From Moniliella sp. 'wahieum' (taxonomy: Eukaryota): 64,000 nucleotides of DNA. The stretch covers positions 62,001-126,000 of the forward strand of contig RSEE01000088.1 of NCBI GenBank assembly GCA_003971905.1, in the 5' to 3' direction. The number at the start of each line of letters is the position of its first letter. Position 1 is the first letter of the stretch. A program made the translations under genes and the position numbers. Below the pieces are notes generated by a model. That model saw only the letters and a list, made by a program, of their open reading frames with translations, made no database searches and had not been told where the DNA came from. Positions 37,394 to 50,697 of this stretch are shown here, in pieces.

Positions 37394-38834
37394 TTAGGTG
37401 CGAAGCGAGAAGGGGCCTTTCTTTTTCTGGGTAGTCTTTTCCATTGGGGTGATGGAGCGGCCCATCTCGGCGCGTTTCTTGCGTTCTTCCAACTCGGCCC
37501 TCTGTCGTTCCAACGCCTGCTTCATCTCGCGGTGGCGGGCATACAGTTCTTCTTCCGACTGCTTGAGCTTGGCCTCCTTTTCAGCGACCTTTTGTTGGAA
37601 CACGAGTTTCATCTCTGTCTCCATCTTGGCCAACTTGGCACTGTGCAACGCACGTTCCTGCGCCGCCTTGTCCGCCGGATTGGTCTCTTGGAACACTGAG
37701 CCGTCCTGGACCACGCCAGACGACAAGAGTTTCTCGGTACGGTACGTCTCGTACAAGGCGGGTGGGTGTGTTGTTTGAGTTCCTCCATGTGGGTACGGAT
37801 GAGCATCTGGCGCAACTTGACAAAGTCGCAGTGCGCTTCATTGTCCACCTCCACCACGCCCCATGGGTAGGCACGCCCACGCACACGGCGCCCATCGGGC
37901 GTGTCCACCTCCATGTTGGAGCCCACGACGGCAAAGGGGATTTGGCGCTGGACGGAAAAGCGTCAGTAGGGAAAGCTGGGTGTTGGTGTGGGTGTGGCTG
38001 GGGGGGGGGAGGACGTACGTCGATCTCTGCGTTTTCGGCATAGGTTTCTTCATCATCATTGTCGTAGATGGGCGCATGGAAAATGGTGATTTGGTGGTAG
38101 GCAATGTCAGCCAAGATGCGTTGTTTGAACGCGGCGATTTCTTCGTCGGTGAGCGTGTCGGATTTGGCAATGACCGGGATCAAGTTGACCTTGGTATGCA
38201 GTTGGCGCATAAACTCGAGATCGATCGGACGAAGAGCATGGCCCGTAGGCTGGATAAAGTAGAGACACGCAAAGATGCGCTGGTCGGACCAATTGGGGCG
38301 ATGCACACGCTGTTCCTGCTCGAGGTAGGCATCGAAGCGCTGCTCAATGTTGGCCACAATCGGTTGCCACGCCAGGGAATTATTCACCTGGTCTCCAAAC
38401 CCAGGCGTGTCGACGACAGTCAAGCGCAACCGCACCCCATCCTCCTCAATCTCGGCACTGATCGACTCGATTGCTACCGTACTGGGGCGCGCGACCTGCG
38501 GCGGCGGCACCTCCTTCGGCGGGTAGAGCGCCGTGTTGAACAACGTGTTGATCAACGTCGACTTGCCCAGCCCACTCTCGCCGACGACCATGCAGGTGAA
38601 GTTGAAGCCCTTGCGGACCGACTTGCGGTGCACCTGGTTGGGCAGGTTGGCAAAGCCCACGTAGCCCGTCAGCTTCTTGCGGGGCAGCGGGGCAGGCGCG
38701 GGGGTCGGGGCGGCAGCGGGCGGCGCCGGCGCAGCCACGGGCGTGCTGAGCGGCAGGGCTGGCTCGGGGGTGCCGGCCATGGGGGTGACTGCTTCCGGGG
38801 TGGCAGAGACGGAGGAGAGGCTGGCGTCGGCCAT
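37394..38834 (-). CDS. CDC3: Septin, Cdc3/AspB class; intron 38018-37948; 1-nt frameshift near 37760
   Basis: [51 protein letters not shown] and the C-terminal coiled coil [17 protein letters not shown]...LYARHREMK. Confidence 0.93.
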
Positions 38835-39347
38835 GGCGAGCGCAGGTGGGGGACGGAGGGCGGAGGGCGGAGGCAGGACAGCAGAAGAAGCGCCGGCTGA
38901 GCCTCAGGCCCACGCAAGCTGAGCCTGCGTTGCGTGGGCTGCCCGCCAGCACGCCAGTCTGTGCTGCGCGGTGCTGCGCCCTGGCTTACGTACGCTCGGC
39001 TGCGCGGGGCGAGCACGAGCGGCGCCGCACGCGCGCAGTGTGCGCCACATCCACACCGCCCCCGTGCCGCACGCGCCGATCTGGCCCCTGCAGATGCCGC
39101 ACAGGCGCTGTGCGGGGCATGCTGCATCGCCCAGAGAGTGCCCCAGTGCGCCCGGGGAAGGGACGAGTGCTAAGTGAGTAAGAGAGTAAGTGACTGGTGA
39201 CAAGTCGTGTACGTGTTCCCTCTGTTACATGTTAATATAACCCCACTCCGCCACAGCAAACACACTCGGAGTACAGCATCGATCCAATATAGAGTACACA
39301 CAGCCTAGTACTAGTACAGCCCGCTCCTTCCTCCTCCTCCTCTTCGC

Positions 39348-42300
39348 CTACACCGCCACGGGCGCAGCCTTCGAGGCGCGGTGGGCGTCTCTGATGCGGT
39401 CCGCAAACGCCCGCGTCTGGGCCCAGTTGCGCGCCATGCGCGCCATGCGCACCCCCGCCCGCACCGCCAGCAGCGCAGCGCGCAACTTGTCCCCCGGTGC
39501 GCGCGGGCGCGACGGCACGACGGTCCTGCCGCGCATCTCTGCCAGCGCACGCGTCGTTGCCTTCTCGGTGGCCTCGACGCACGCGAGGCGGTGTGCGAGA
39601 TACGTTTTGGCGTACGCTGCGTCGGCGCGCTGGTCGCCAACGCGCACGAGGCACGCCTTGAGGTATCGAATGTGCGCTAGCAGCGTCTGGGTCTGGAGCT
39701 TGTGGGTGTGCTCCAGCGCCGCCAGGCGGTCGGCATCGCGTAGTCGCTGCGCTTGGAAACGTGCAGCTTCTTGCTCGGCGGCCCAGGCGCGCGCCTCGGC
39801 CACCTCGGCCGATTCGGTGGCTCGCACCATCTTCAGCTTGTCCCCTTGCCGTTCTTCGTGCATCGTCGCCACGCGTCTGCCGAGCAGGTCCCCACGCGCC
39901 ATCTCCCGCTCCAGCTCGGCCTGCATCTGCTCCACCGTAGCGAGGATGGCGCTGCGCTCCTCCTTGGAGTGGTCCCGTCTCCCCGTTAGCAACGCGATCT
40001 CTTCGTCCTTGCTCTTGAGCGTGGCGGACAAGCGGGCAATCTGCGCTGCGGAACGCTCCACTTGCTCTGCCAGCGATTGCGCATTCGCCTCCGACACCTC
40101 CAGCTCCGCTTGCAGCTCCGCATGACGCTACAACCACCCACCACCACCACAACCACGACAGTCAGTCAGCCAGTCAGTCACCTTTTTTTCTCTTTCCCGC
40201 ATAGGATTCGACGACAGGGGAGCGCAGACGTACCTCTTTGGCCTGTTGGTATTCGGCCTGGTACTGCTCTTGTTCCCGCAGCGCCTGGTCGCGCGCCGCT
40301 TGGAGTGCGTCGGCGGTGGCCCGTGCGGCCTCTACCTCGGTACGCAGTTGCGTGCGCGCCGCCTCGTCCGCCGCGGCCCCCAGCTGGGCATAGACGGTCT
40401 CCATTCGTTCGTTTTGCATCTCGACCGCGTGCGCGACGCGGGCCAACTTGGTCTCCGTACGCTCCAAAGCGGCCTTGGCACCGTCACGCTCAACGCTAGC
40501 GACGACGTGACTTGCGCTGTGAGCGCAGCCACATGCGGTTCGTCCGTCCGCAGTTCCCGCAACAGCTCCTGGATCGCCCCGCGCAACTCACCCAGCTCCG
40601 TTTGCAGCGCCATAGTAGCTCCCTCCGACCCAGGGGGGGTGGAATTCCGATTCCCAGCAGCAGTAAGCAACTTGCTCTGTGCCTCCCAGCCGGCCGTGAC
40701 CTGGGCCAAGGCTTCCTCCACCCCCGCGGTCAAGGAAGCGTTGGGCAGGGAGAAGCTGCCTCCGGCCGGGGCAGAAAGGTAAGAGCGGTGCAACAGGGAT
40801 CCGTCGCCGGTTGAAGGCGTGTCCTTCTGAGCAAGGAGCGCCAGGGTCTTGCGCAACCGATCGACCTGTCCCAGTCGGACGCCGAGGCGGAGGAGGGCGT
40901 GACGGAGGTGCATGGCGCCCGGTCCGTGGGGAGCAAACAGCTTGGCTGCATGGCCCAACAGTGCATCCCGCTCGGCGGTGATCTGATCGAGGCGGTCCAT
41001 GGCTTGGATGCGCTCCCACCGTTCGGCATGTACCTGGGTCAACTTGGCGTCGACCTCGTGTCGCATCGTATCCAGCTCGGCCTGGAGTTGGTGGTGGAAC
41101 GAGATGAGCGCTCCAACGTCCATTGTACTTTCCCCGCCGGCCGTGGTGACCAAACTGCAGTCTCGTCGGGTCGCATCCAGCTGCTGCACCATCGACTCGA
41201 GTGCCGCCGAGCTTTTCTCAGCGAGGCTCATCTGCCTCCGCGACCGCTCCGCTTCCTCCTTCCAATCGTCTCGCTCATCCTGGACAAGCCGGATCTGACG
41301 ATCGCGCTGGGCGCGTTCGGCGTCCCATTGGGTCGCCTGCTGCGCCGCCTCACTAAGCTGTGCATCCAACTGCGCCTGCATGCGCTTCAACTCTGCCTGG
41401 CTCTTTCCCACTTGCTCCTCGGTCGCACGCTGGGCCTTGGCACGCGCTTCGTCCGCTTCACGCTCCGCCTCGACCAGATGGGCACGGAGGCGATCCAACT
41501 CGGCTTGGACGTGGTCGCGCTCCTGTTGGGCTTGGTGCACGTTGCTCGCGTCAGTGGCCAAGACACGGTTCTCAGCTTTGGTCTTCTCCAGCGCCGTTGC
41601 ATGCGCACGACCTACCCGCTCGGCAGTAGCCAGCTGCACTTGCACTGCGGCCAATTGCTCTTGCCATGCGTCTCGCTCCTGGGCCAAGGTAGTAGTTTGG
41701 CGTTGCAACTCGGCTTGGACGGTATGCAACTCTTGCTGCGCCGCAGCGAGGTCCTCGGCGGTGGCGGTAGGTGCCGTCGGGTGGGGCGTGGCAGGCGAAC
41801 TGGGTGGAACCGAGGCGGACGCGGTGGCTTGGTCCAAGTCGTGTTGAAGTCGGGCCGTTTCCGCCTGGGCAAGTGCCAATTGATGCTGGAGCTGGGGCAA
41901 GGAGGCGAGTTGGTCCTTTTGGAGCTGGAGCTGCTGCTGCTCGTGGAGGAGCTGTGCACGTTCCTGGTCCAATTGAACTTGTCGCTGATGCAATTCGTCG
42001 CGATAAGTGTCCGATTGGGCGCGGGCCTGTTCGGCCGAATCGGCGGCGCGGGCAGCTTGGCGTTGCGCATCGGTCAATTGAGCGGCATGTTGTTCGGCCT
42101 CAGTTTGCAACCGACTCACTTGGTCCTTTGCCTCGTCCCGTTCCGCCCGGATCTCGTCCAAGCGACGATCGACACCGGCACGCAGCTGCGCAAGCGCTTC
42201 GTGGTGGATCCGGTCCTTGTCCCGCACCGTCTGTTGCAATTGCGCAATCAGCTGTTCGGCCTGGACCAGCTGGCTCGACGTCATGTCCGAACTGCTCGTC

Positions 42301-44184
42301 CACGCCGACTTGGACGTTTCCTCGTCCCCTGGCTTGTCGTGCGTGTCGTGCTTGGCCGAAGTATCGTGAGTATCCTGGTCGGCCGTGGCGGCAACTGGCA
42401 CCTGGGCACGCATCTGCGCCAGCTGAGTGTGCAACCCTTCGTTTTCCTGGGACAAAGCGCGGTTCTGGGATTGAAGGTAGAGGAGCAACGTGCGCTCATC
42501 GACCGAGGGCGCAGGTGCCTCCAACTCACCCGGGCGACCAGTGGGCAAGGTAGTGTTGGCCGCATCGTCGGTACGCACCAGCAAGTTGGCCGTCCAATCC
42601 GTTTCGCTGTGCCCGTCCCCGCGGTGTGTGAGGGTCGAGGACCGTACCGCATCGGAACCCAAAGAACGCAGTGGCCGCGGTGGACGCGCCATCGTCTCCG
42701 TCACATACTGTTTCATCTCACCTTTGGTAATGGACCGCTGGGTGCGAGTGGGACTGGGACTGGGCTGGTTGGGCGCGTGAGCCAACGGTGCCAAGGTACG
42801 GCGCGCACCGGACGTCGAGATCGAAGGCTCTTGTACCGATGTAGCTAGATGCGAAGAAGAACAAAGGAGGGGGGGTTAGGTTCCTGGATGCAACAGAGGA
42901 AAAAGTGGGAGCGGGGAGAGCAGGGGACGTACCGACGGAAGAAGATTGGGACCGTTTCAGACTAGGCAACGATTTGACCCGAATGGGCGTTGGTGGGACC
43001 TTGAGGGGTGGGGGAGGGGGAGCAGTCACGTCTGCCGTGGTAAGGGAAGGTGCGGCGGGGTTGAGACTGAGTTTCTGCCTCCACGGTGCCAGGGGAGGGC
43101 GAAGGTGGTTTGGCCAGGACAACCGCCTCCGTTTCTGTCGGTTTCGTCTCAGGTAAATCGATCGAGACGCCGGGAGCTGCTGGAGCTGCACCGGTGGCTT
43201 GGGGAAGCGTGAAATTGAACAGGTCTTCTGTCACGTCGGGCAAGCTGTCCACAGGCGGGTCTGGGGTAGCGGCCCGTAGTTCAGTCTCCGAGACCATGGG
43301 AGGGAGAGGGGGCAAGGCCAGCTCCGGGCCAGTAGAGTGGGGCGCAGCAGCCTCTTGGTCGCCCAGCTGAGTGCCTGACTGGGGATCCAGCTGGCTTGGC
43401 AACAGGGACAACAGCGAGGCGGGCAATTCGGTCTCGGGTGCACCGCTGGCGGCCAAGTCGGCGCTGGTGGGAATGAGGAACGGGTCAAAGGGTTGTTGTC
43501 CCAATGCCGATGATGGGTCCAGGAAGTTAAAGTCCATGTCTTGCGAAAAAAAGTCGGCCGGGGGGGGAGGCAAGGGAGCTTCCGAGGTGGTGGGCGGGGC
43601 GGACGTGACTTGTTGCAGCAGCTGGAGAAAGTCGGGGTCGAAGGCCGGGGCGGGATCGGGAGGCGCGCCCAGGTCGGCAGCGAACAGTTCGTCGAAGCGC
43701 AAGGTGGCAAGAGGGTCTGCCGAACGAGGGGCATCGAGCGAGGAAGCCACGCTGGCTGTATCGGTTGGTTCGGTGGGCGCAAGCGCAGGCACAGGCGCAG
43801 GTGCAGGTGCAGGCGCGGAAACGGGAACGGGAGGGACAGGGACGGAGTCAGGGACAGGGGCAGGCGCGGCGCGAGCGACGGGGACGAGGCGGGGAGCTCG
43901 TCGTCGCTCGATTCGGGGAGAGAGGGATGGAAGCCATGGAAGGGGTCGTCCTGCTCCTGCTCGCGCTCCTGGCGCTGCGTCTGGATGGCCGTCGAGGTGA
44001 GCAGACGGCGCTTTTGCCGCGCAGGCCGACGGGCGCGTCTGCTGGGGGTGTGGCTGGCGAGGCGGGCGAGCGGGGTGCGGGTGAGGAGGCTCATGTCCTC
44101 GCTGTCGGACAGGCCGGGCGCGGCGACAGGCGACATGGCCAGCGACGTATCGAGGCCCGAGACGAAGGTGTTGTCGGCAGACAT
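39348..44184 (-). CDS. Spindle pole body pericentrin-like protein (Pcp1/Spc110 family) with long coiled coil and C-terminal PACT domain; introns near 42845-42930 and 40125-40233; frameshifts
   Basis: C-terminal LLAHIRYLKACLVR...RADAAYAKTYL...KLRAALLAVRAGVRMARMARNW is PACT-like. ORF 40332-42794 is a Gln/Glu coiled coil; the ATG at 44184 gives MSADNTF. Confidence 0.75.
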
Positions 44185-44698
44185 CGACGGGTGGTGGTGG
44201 TGGTGGTAGTGGAGGGGGGCAGGCGGGCGGGCGGACAGGTGGATTGTATCCTCCATCCATCCATCCATCCACCTCGCTTGCTGCTGTTGTCCCCCGCGTG
44301 CTGTCGAAACACGGCGGCGCGTGGGCGCGGGGTGGTCACGTGGTCGGTGCAAGCGATGATAATCGATAACCCTAGCCCACCGGCAAAGCAAAAGCCAACC
44401 CTAGGGGGCTGCACCCGGCGCGTGTCGGAGATCTGAGACGGGGCGCAGCGACGGCGAGTGTGGGCTGCTGCCTGCTGTCCGACGGCGGCGTGAGGCTGCG
44501 ATGGCCAAATCCAAATCAAACCCAGCGCCACTCGTCTGCACGACCCGTCTCTCACTAGTCACTCAGCCCCAAAGCTACGATGCTCGCCCTGTCCTTGCGC
44601 TGAGCACCTGCCCCTCCTCGGGCCCTGGCCGCCTAGGCACCACCTCACCCCTCACCGCCTCACCCCGCTCTCCCCCACCCCACCACTCGCCACTCGCC

Positions 44699-45181
44699 AT
44701 GGCCATCATCCACGTCGTCGCGCTCAAGTTCAAGCCCTCTGTCCCGCCCAGCCGGCGGACGACGGTCAAGGAGGAGTTTCTTGCGCTCAAGCACCGTGCG
44801 ATGAAGATGCAACCGCCGGCGCCGATGCTCATCTCCACGCCTGCTGGCCAGGTGCAGGAGGAACTGGTGCCCTACATCCAAAGCATCGTTGGCGGCGACA
44901 ACACGTCCACCGAGGGCCACGCCAAGGGGTTTGATGCGCTGTTTGTCGTCACGTTTGCCTCGGCGGCAGACCGCGACTTTTATGTCAGCCACGACCCGGC
45001 CCACCTTGGCTATTTGGTGCGTACCCCTCCAAGGTACAGGTATCGATGCCCAGCGGAGGACGGGCAGATGTACGGGCCGAGGCAGAGCCACTGCGTACTG
45101 CGTACTGACGGTGGATCGGGAGGGCAGGAAACGCTCAAGGAGGTGCTGGACGATTTGTTTATCTACGACTTTGAAGCGTAG
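44699..45181 (+). CDS. Stress-responsive A/B barrel (Dabb) domain protein; intron 45017-45127
   Basis: MAIIHVVALKFK...YIQSIVGGDNTSTEGHAKGFDALFVVTFASAADRDFYVSHDPAH...|ETLKEVLDDLFIYDF. Confidence 0.88.
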   Translation: MAIIHVVALKFKPSVPPSRRTTVKEEFLALKHRAMKMQPPAPMLISTPAGQVQEELVPYIQSIVGGDNTSTEGHAKGFDALFVVTFASAADRDFYVSHDPAHLGYLVRTPPRYRYRCPAEDGQMYGPRQSHCVLRTDGGSGGQETLKEVLDDLFIYDFEA

Positions 45182-45842
45182 AAAAAGAACTCTGTACTCT
45201 TGCCCCCTTTTCTCTGTGTCACCAGGTGGTACCCCACCCCCTCCCGCAGAGGAGATTGCCAATTCCTCTTGGCGGAAACTGAGGCATCATGCTGACGCAC
45301 CGGCGTAGGGATAGATACGCCGGTGTCAAGGCGAGGCCTAGAGAGAGAGAGAGAGAGAGAGATCGAAGTGCCATTCCAAGAGGAGCCTGATAGGGAAAGA
45401 CCTCATGCATGGAAGTTGCAGGCAGAGCGAAAGAGAAAATGGCGTGAAGCGGCATGCCAGCGAATTCCATCAGTTGCGGGTAGTAATCTGGCTATCCTTG
45501 CATCCTTCCGCACCTGCGGTCCATTGTCCAGAGGAAGACAATCGACAACCCCTCTCCATCAGTGAGTCGTTCTCTGCGGACATCCTACATTGACTGCTCC
45601 CGTGTTTGCCGGGACTTGCGAGCACTGACTGCGTCCCCCCGCGCCTGGACCTCCTAGTCGACCTTGTACAATCTCTAACAACGGTCCCCTTCAGCTCTGC
45701 AGAGGGGACGCTTCCTTCTCTCGAGCTACAACAACGCAACATCCCGCAAGTCTCGTACATATATCAGGTGCGTTCATAGAGAGCTCAAGCACGGGAGAAG
45801 GGGTTCGACTCCAGCGGAGGCCACCGTAAAGAGGAGAGGGCT

Positions 45843-46144
45843 CTACTTGTCCTGGATGGGGATGTCCTTGCCAGTCAGCGACTTGAACCCAGAGCGGATG
45901 CCATCACTGATCTTCTCGGTGGTCGAGGCGTCCAGCGCGTGGCCCATGAAGCGTTGCTCGCCAAACTGAACCGCCTTGTCGAGGTAGTCCTGTTGCTGCG
46001 CCGGCGTGGCGTTCGAGCCCTGCGGGACAGAGCCTTGCTGAGGTTGCTGTTGCTGCGGGCGACGCCACGGCAAGTTGGCTAGGTTAGAACGCAGACCAGG
46101 GAGTGGGCCGAGGAGGCGAGGTGGGGGCGACGTACCTGGGACAT
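45843..46144 (-). CDS. Small (72 aa) hydrophilic fungal protein; intron 46135-46053
   Basis: MSQ|QQQPQQ...DYLDKAVQFGEQRFMGHALDASTTEKISDGIRSGFKSLTGKDIPIQDK; GTACGT donor; TATAAAA box upstream (~46235, minus strand). Confidence 0.75.
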
Positions 46145-47275
46145 CGTGGGGCGGTGAATAGGTCGAGACGGGGGCGAGGGCGAGAAGACGGGGGGCGGGT
46201 GGAATGCAGCAGACCGCAGCGGGAGAGGGGATTTTATACGCGGTGGCGTGGGAGAACGGATGGATGCGAGGGTCCGTGCGTGGCACCCGTGGCCGTGCAA
46301 GAACAATAGGGCGCATGGCCGAGGGCCATGGGACCAGTGCCCAGCAACCGAACGATCGCCAGCGAAGGAGAGGTGCTGGTGAGATGGGTGAGCGGGGAAC
46401 ACTGGCGCGGTGGAGACCCAGGGACGTGGGTTTGGATCGCCCTCGTGCGCTGTGTGGCTGCCCGCTGGCGCCCTCCAACGCGGCTTGTCTGGTGGAGTGA
46501 ATATTGAATGCTTGGTGCACTGCCTGCTGCCGACGCCCTGCTCTCCGCAGCCGCCGCGTGTGGCAGAGTGTGGCGGTGCGTGCTGCAGTGCTTTGCCATC
46601 CCTTTCACCTGCACCCCCTCTGCCTCTCCTGCCGCCTGCCGCCACCACCAGATGCATGACACACGCGATAGATGATCGATGATCGAGATACCGCAAAAGC
46701 CTAATGCGCCGTCGTGCACCGCAGTGCCGCCCTTTTGGCACGCCAAGCCCTGCTGCGCGCTGCTGCTGCTGGATGCCGGGGGCATTTAGCGCGTGAATTG
46801 CACCGCCTTGCTCTGGTTACGTCATGCCTCGTCTCAGATGCCATACATCACCGGTGACGTCACACCGCCCTCGCGCCTTGGCGTGCCCCCGCGAGAGAAT
46901 GGCTGGCGGCTGAATATCCCAATGCGCTCTGAATGGAGAACGCTCCTCCAATACTTCTTGGTAGTGCTGGCTAGTGGGCGTAGTGAACAGCAAACGGTGA
47001 ACAGCGAGTCCCCCGCGGCATCTCAAGCTTCAAGCTTGGCCCGATCGGCACGCGGCAGTCAACGTGAAAAAATGGAGAACGGCCGACTTCTCCCTTCCCT
47101 CACATCCAGAACTCATTTCGCTTTTCTCCATCGTCACCGCCGTCATCGGTTAAGTGCTGATAACCCCGATAATCGATAACCCCCAAAAGTAACTAATAAC
47201 TAGCGCCGCCATGCTCCAAGTAGTGCTTGTCCTAGGAAACCAGCAAAGATAGACACGCGCGCTGCGGTCCAAGTA

Positions 47276-48970
47276 CTATTCCTGATTCTGCACCCAAGCA
47301 GCCAAGGTTGTCCGAGCGGTGGCCAGGAGCAAGGAAAAAGTGTGGGTGATGTGGCGTTCCTCGGTGTAGAGGCTGCCAACGGCCAGACGGATGCAGCGGC
47401 CAATCTCAGGGACAACCGTTTCGGTAACGGCGAGCTCCTTGCTATGTTGGTCGAGCACAGCTTGGTGATAGACCTGGTTGAGGTGGTCCAGCTGGCTGGC
47501 GGTGACGTTGGTGCTCAGGGCCTGTGGAGCGCGAAGACGGAAAACAACCAAACTATACGACGGCGGCACCACAATCTCAAACACCTCCTTTTCCTCCTCC
47601 AGCTTCTTGGCGAACAAGCTGGCCATGGCCATGCTGCTCGCACCCCCCAAACACAAGCGAGCCGTCGCAATCGCAGTCGCAGTCATACTCGCAGTCAGTC
47701 ACCTGTGGAATGCCAAAAATAACAGCAGCAAAGGTACGCACTTGGATCGAATGTGCTGGCGCAGCCCTTCGACACCAAAGCTACGGAGGATGAAGAAAAG
47801 TTTGCAGCTCCTAAACCGACGACCGAGAGCCAGTTGCATGTTGCGCAAATCTGTCACTTCGCCCGCGTCGGCTTCGCGGGTACGGAGGTAATGCGGAGTC
47901 ACCGTCAAGGCCGATGTGAGGTCGGCCTTGCGGCGGACCATAACGGGAGAGCAGTCGAACTGGGTCAACCCCCACTTGTGCATGTTGGTAGAGAAGGAAT
48001 CGGCACGTTGGTTGATCGCGTCCAGGTGGGCTTGGGCACGAAGTTCAGGGCAGGAAAGCGAGACGCCGGCAAAGGCCGAATCGATGTGAAGCCACATAGG
48101 ATGGTCCTTGATGACCTCGGCCACTTCATCCAACCGGTCCACGGTACACGTATTTGTCGATCCCACCGTACCGATCAACATGAACGGAATCTGACCCTTC
48201 TTCTCGTCCTCCTCGATCGCACTGCGAAGAACGTGACCACGAAGGGCAAAGTTGTCCTCCTTGCGTACAGGCAGCTTGCGCACATTCAACCCCAAAATCA
48301 ACGCTGCCTTGACACCGATCGAGTGGGTTTGCGTGGTAACGTACATGACCAGCTTGGCCGTTTGCGCACCACGCCACGCAGCTAGCGGTGCACCTTCGTC
48401 AGTGGGCATGGGGAACTGCTCGGCCAGGCGCCGAATCGCCTTCTCACGAGCTGCAACTGTCATTGTCAAAGCAACCTCCGAAGCAGAACCGAGAATGATG
48501 CCGCCGCCTTGGCAAGCACCCGCCAGCGCAACTTCCTCAGGTTCAGGCGTGGAGTAAAAAGCAGGACTGAGACCTAGCAGGCGCGCCACCCAATCCACCA
48601 TGCGCAGCTCCAGCTCCGTTACCGCGGGCGAACACGCCCAGTTGAACCCAGGGTTGGATACCGCGGCAGCCAGCATCTCCCCGAGCACGCCCTCGGGCGT
48701 AGCGTTGGCAGGGAACCAGGAAAAGAAGGTGGGAGACTGCCAGTGGGTAATGCCAGGCATGATGACACGATCAATGTCAGCCGCAATCGCGTCCCATGAC
48801 TCGCCCTGCTCGGGCGCAGTGGGACCGACAAGAGGCAAAAGGTAGCCAGGCGGGACCTGGGACCAGACCGGGCGTTCTTCCAGAGAAGCAAAGTAGTCGG
48901 CAATGCGGTCGACCATGCGATAGCCTGCCTGGCGGAAGGCTTCCAGGTCCATGCCATGCGGAGGTGCCAT
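47276..48970 (-). CDS. Aromatic-L-amino-acid decarboxylase (group II PLP enzyme); intron 47741-47634
   Basis: IMPGITHWQSPTFFSWFP, SPAVTELE, THS, WLHIDSAFAG, PLP-lysine NMHKWG, HYLR and QLALGRRFRS. Confidence 0.93.
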
Positions 48971-50697
48971 GGCGACAGAGAAGATGGAGAGGGGGAACCA
49001 AAGGGAGGGCGGAGGCGGGGATGAATCGATTAGAGGGTCCTGTCAACCAAGCAGTGACAGAGGTGGGGTCGGGCTGAGGCTGCGGGGAAAGGCCACAGAA
49101 GACGAGGTGCACAAGAGGGGAGAAGGTGGAATGGGTTCGGGGATTGTCGGAGCAAAGATGGAAGGTAAGCCACCGGAGATACTCCGCGGCGGAAGGAGCT
49201 TAAATTGTTGCATTTTGGAAATCAGCAAATTGAACAGACAAAAGGCCACAGAAATGGACTAGTGGGGCATGTGATATCAAATCACCATGGTATTATGCGA
49301 CGTCGATGACCTGCATTGCCCTGTCTACGTCAAAGTGTTCAACCATGCTATAGGCTTGTGCGAGGCGGCTCCGTTCCGCCTCTGTTCCGCCCTTCCTGTT
49401 GCGCCTCCGGGCTGCCTTCCCCTGGTTACATCCACACCATCTCCCCTTTGCCTTGCTCGCCTCCCACAAGCCTGCTAGTATTGCTATGTCGTTCTGCTAT
49501 ATCCCCATCCCTCCAGAAGTGCTCGGTGTTAATCCAGCGCGGCTAGGCAGTGACTAGTGACTAGTGACTAGTGACTCTTCATGAAGCTGAAGGGTGAAAA
49601 GAACAGCGAGATGAGCGCTAGTGCGCCCTGGTGAAGCTTAAAATAATGAGTTTTTGAACGACATTCACAACAAAGCCGTATGCCATACTGGATAGCCCCG
49701 TTCAATTGGCACTCGTGCACTCATGCGTCATGCACTTTTGAGGCCATGTGGTTTATCGTGGCAGCGAGGTGTGGGACTTGTCCGCAGGCGATATGGGGGG
49801 TGGTCTGGGGTGGTGGGGTGGTTCCATGTAGCAGGTAACTTGTAAGGCGTGGGTGTGAGGCCAAAGGGCCTGAGGGAGGCAAGGACCCCTGAGGCTCGGC
49901 GGGGCGGCTCTTGTGTCTCACTTACGCCGCAAGTGGCCCAGTGCCGGGGGGAGGCTTTTCGGCTGATTGCCCGTTGCGCGTTACGCCTTTTTACATGGTT
50001 CCGCGTTACACCTTTCATTACGCGTTGCGTGCCAATGTGAGATCTGTGAGATCTGAGATTTGAGATGAGATCAGGCGAGGGCAGGCCGGGGACAAGTGTC
50101 TAGCGCCGGAATCAGTCCTCGAGTTGATCCGGCCGGAGAGCAACGGCAGCGATGGATGTTCGGCCGTTCTGATCGCTCACCCTGCCGCTCGCTCGCGCGC
50201 CGGCAGCCACCACTGGCTGGCACGCAGACGGCCACACTATGGCACTTGGGTCGATCAATCCTATTGGATGTACCACACACGCATCCCACCCCCCCACCAG
50301 GCCTCCTCAGTTCCCCACACCCCGCCGCGAATGTTATGCAACCGTTGGGTTATAGCATTTGCCACGCCCACATCCGAGCGACCACAGCATCCGCTTCCTA
50401 GTAGATCTCATAGGCAACCGCCAAATAAAGAAGGGGAAGAGAGCGAGACGCATCGGGTGTGGCCCCATATACTCAGTGGTAGCAGTGACATCCGAGTAAC
50501 ATTACCATCCCAACGGTCAGCAGTTTGGTTTCTTAATATAAACCCCTTCCTCCGCCCTCGTCGACATATCTCACCTCCCGACCCCGCCCTCCTCCTTCCT
50601 ACCACCACATACCCCCATCTTTCCCGACACTATACGCTCTTTCCACTCACGCCCCACACTCTCTTCTCTCAACGTTTGTTGCTGCTCCCATCTCCTC

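Noticed and set aside
40899..42848. Long antisense ORFs (649 aa here; also 31715-33157, 51546-52652, 59937-61565)
   Set aside because: Shadow ORFs opposite real genes, expected from high GC and codon bias; no recognisable domains.
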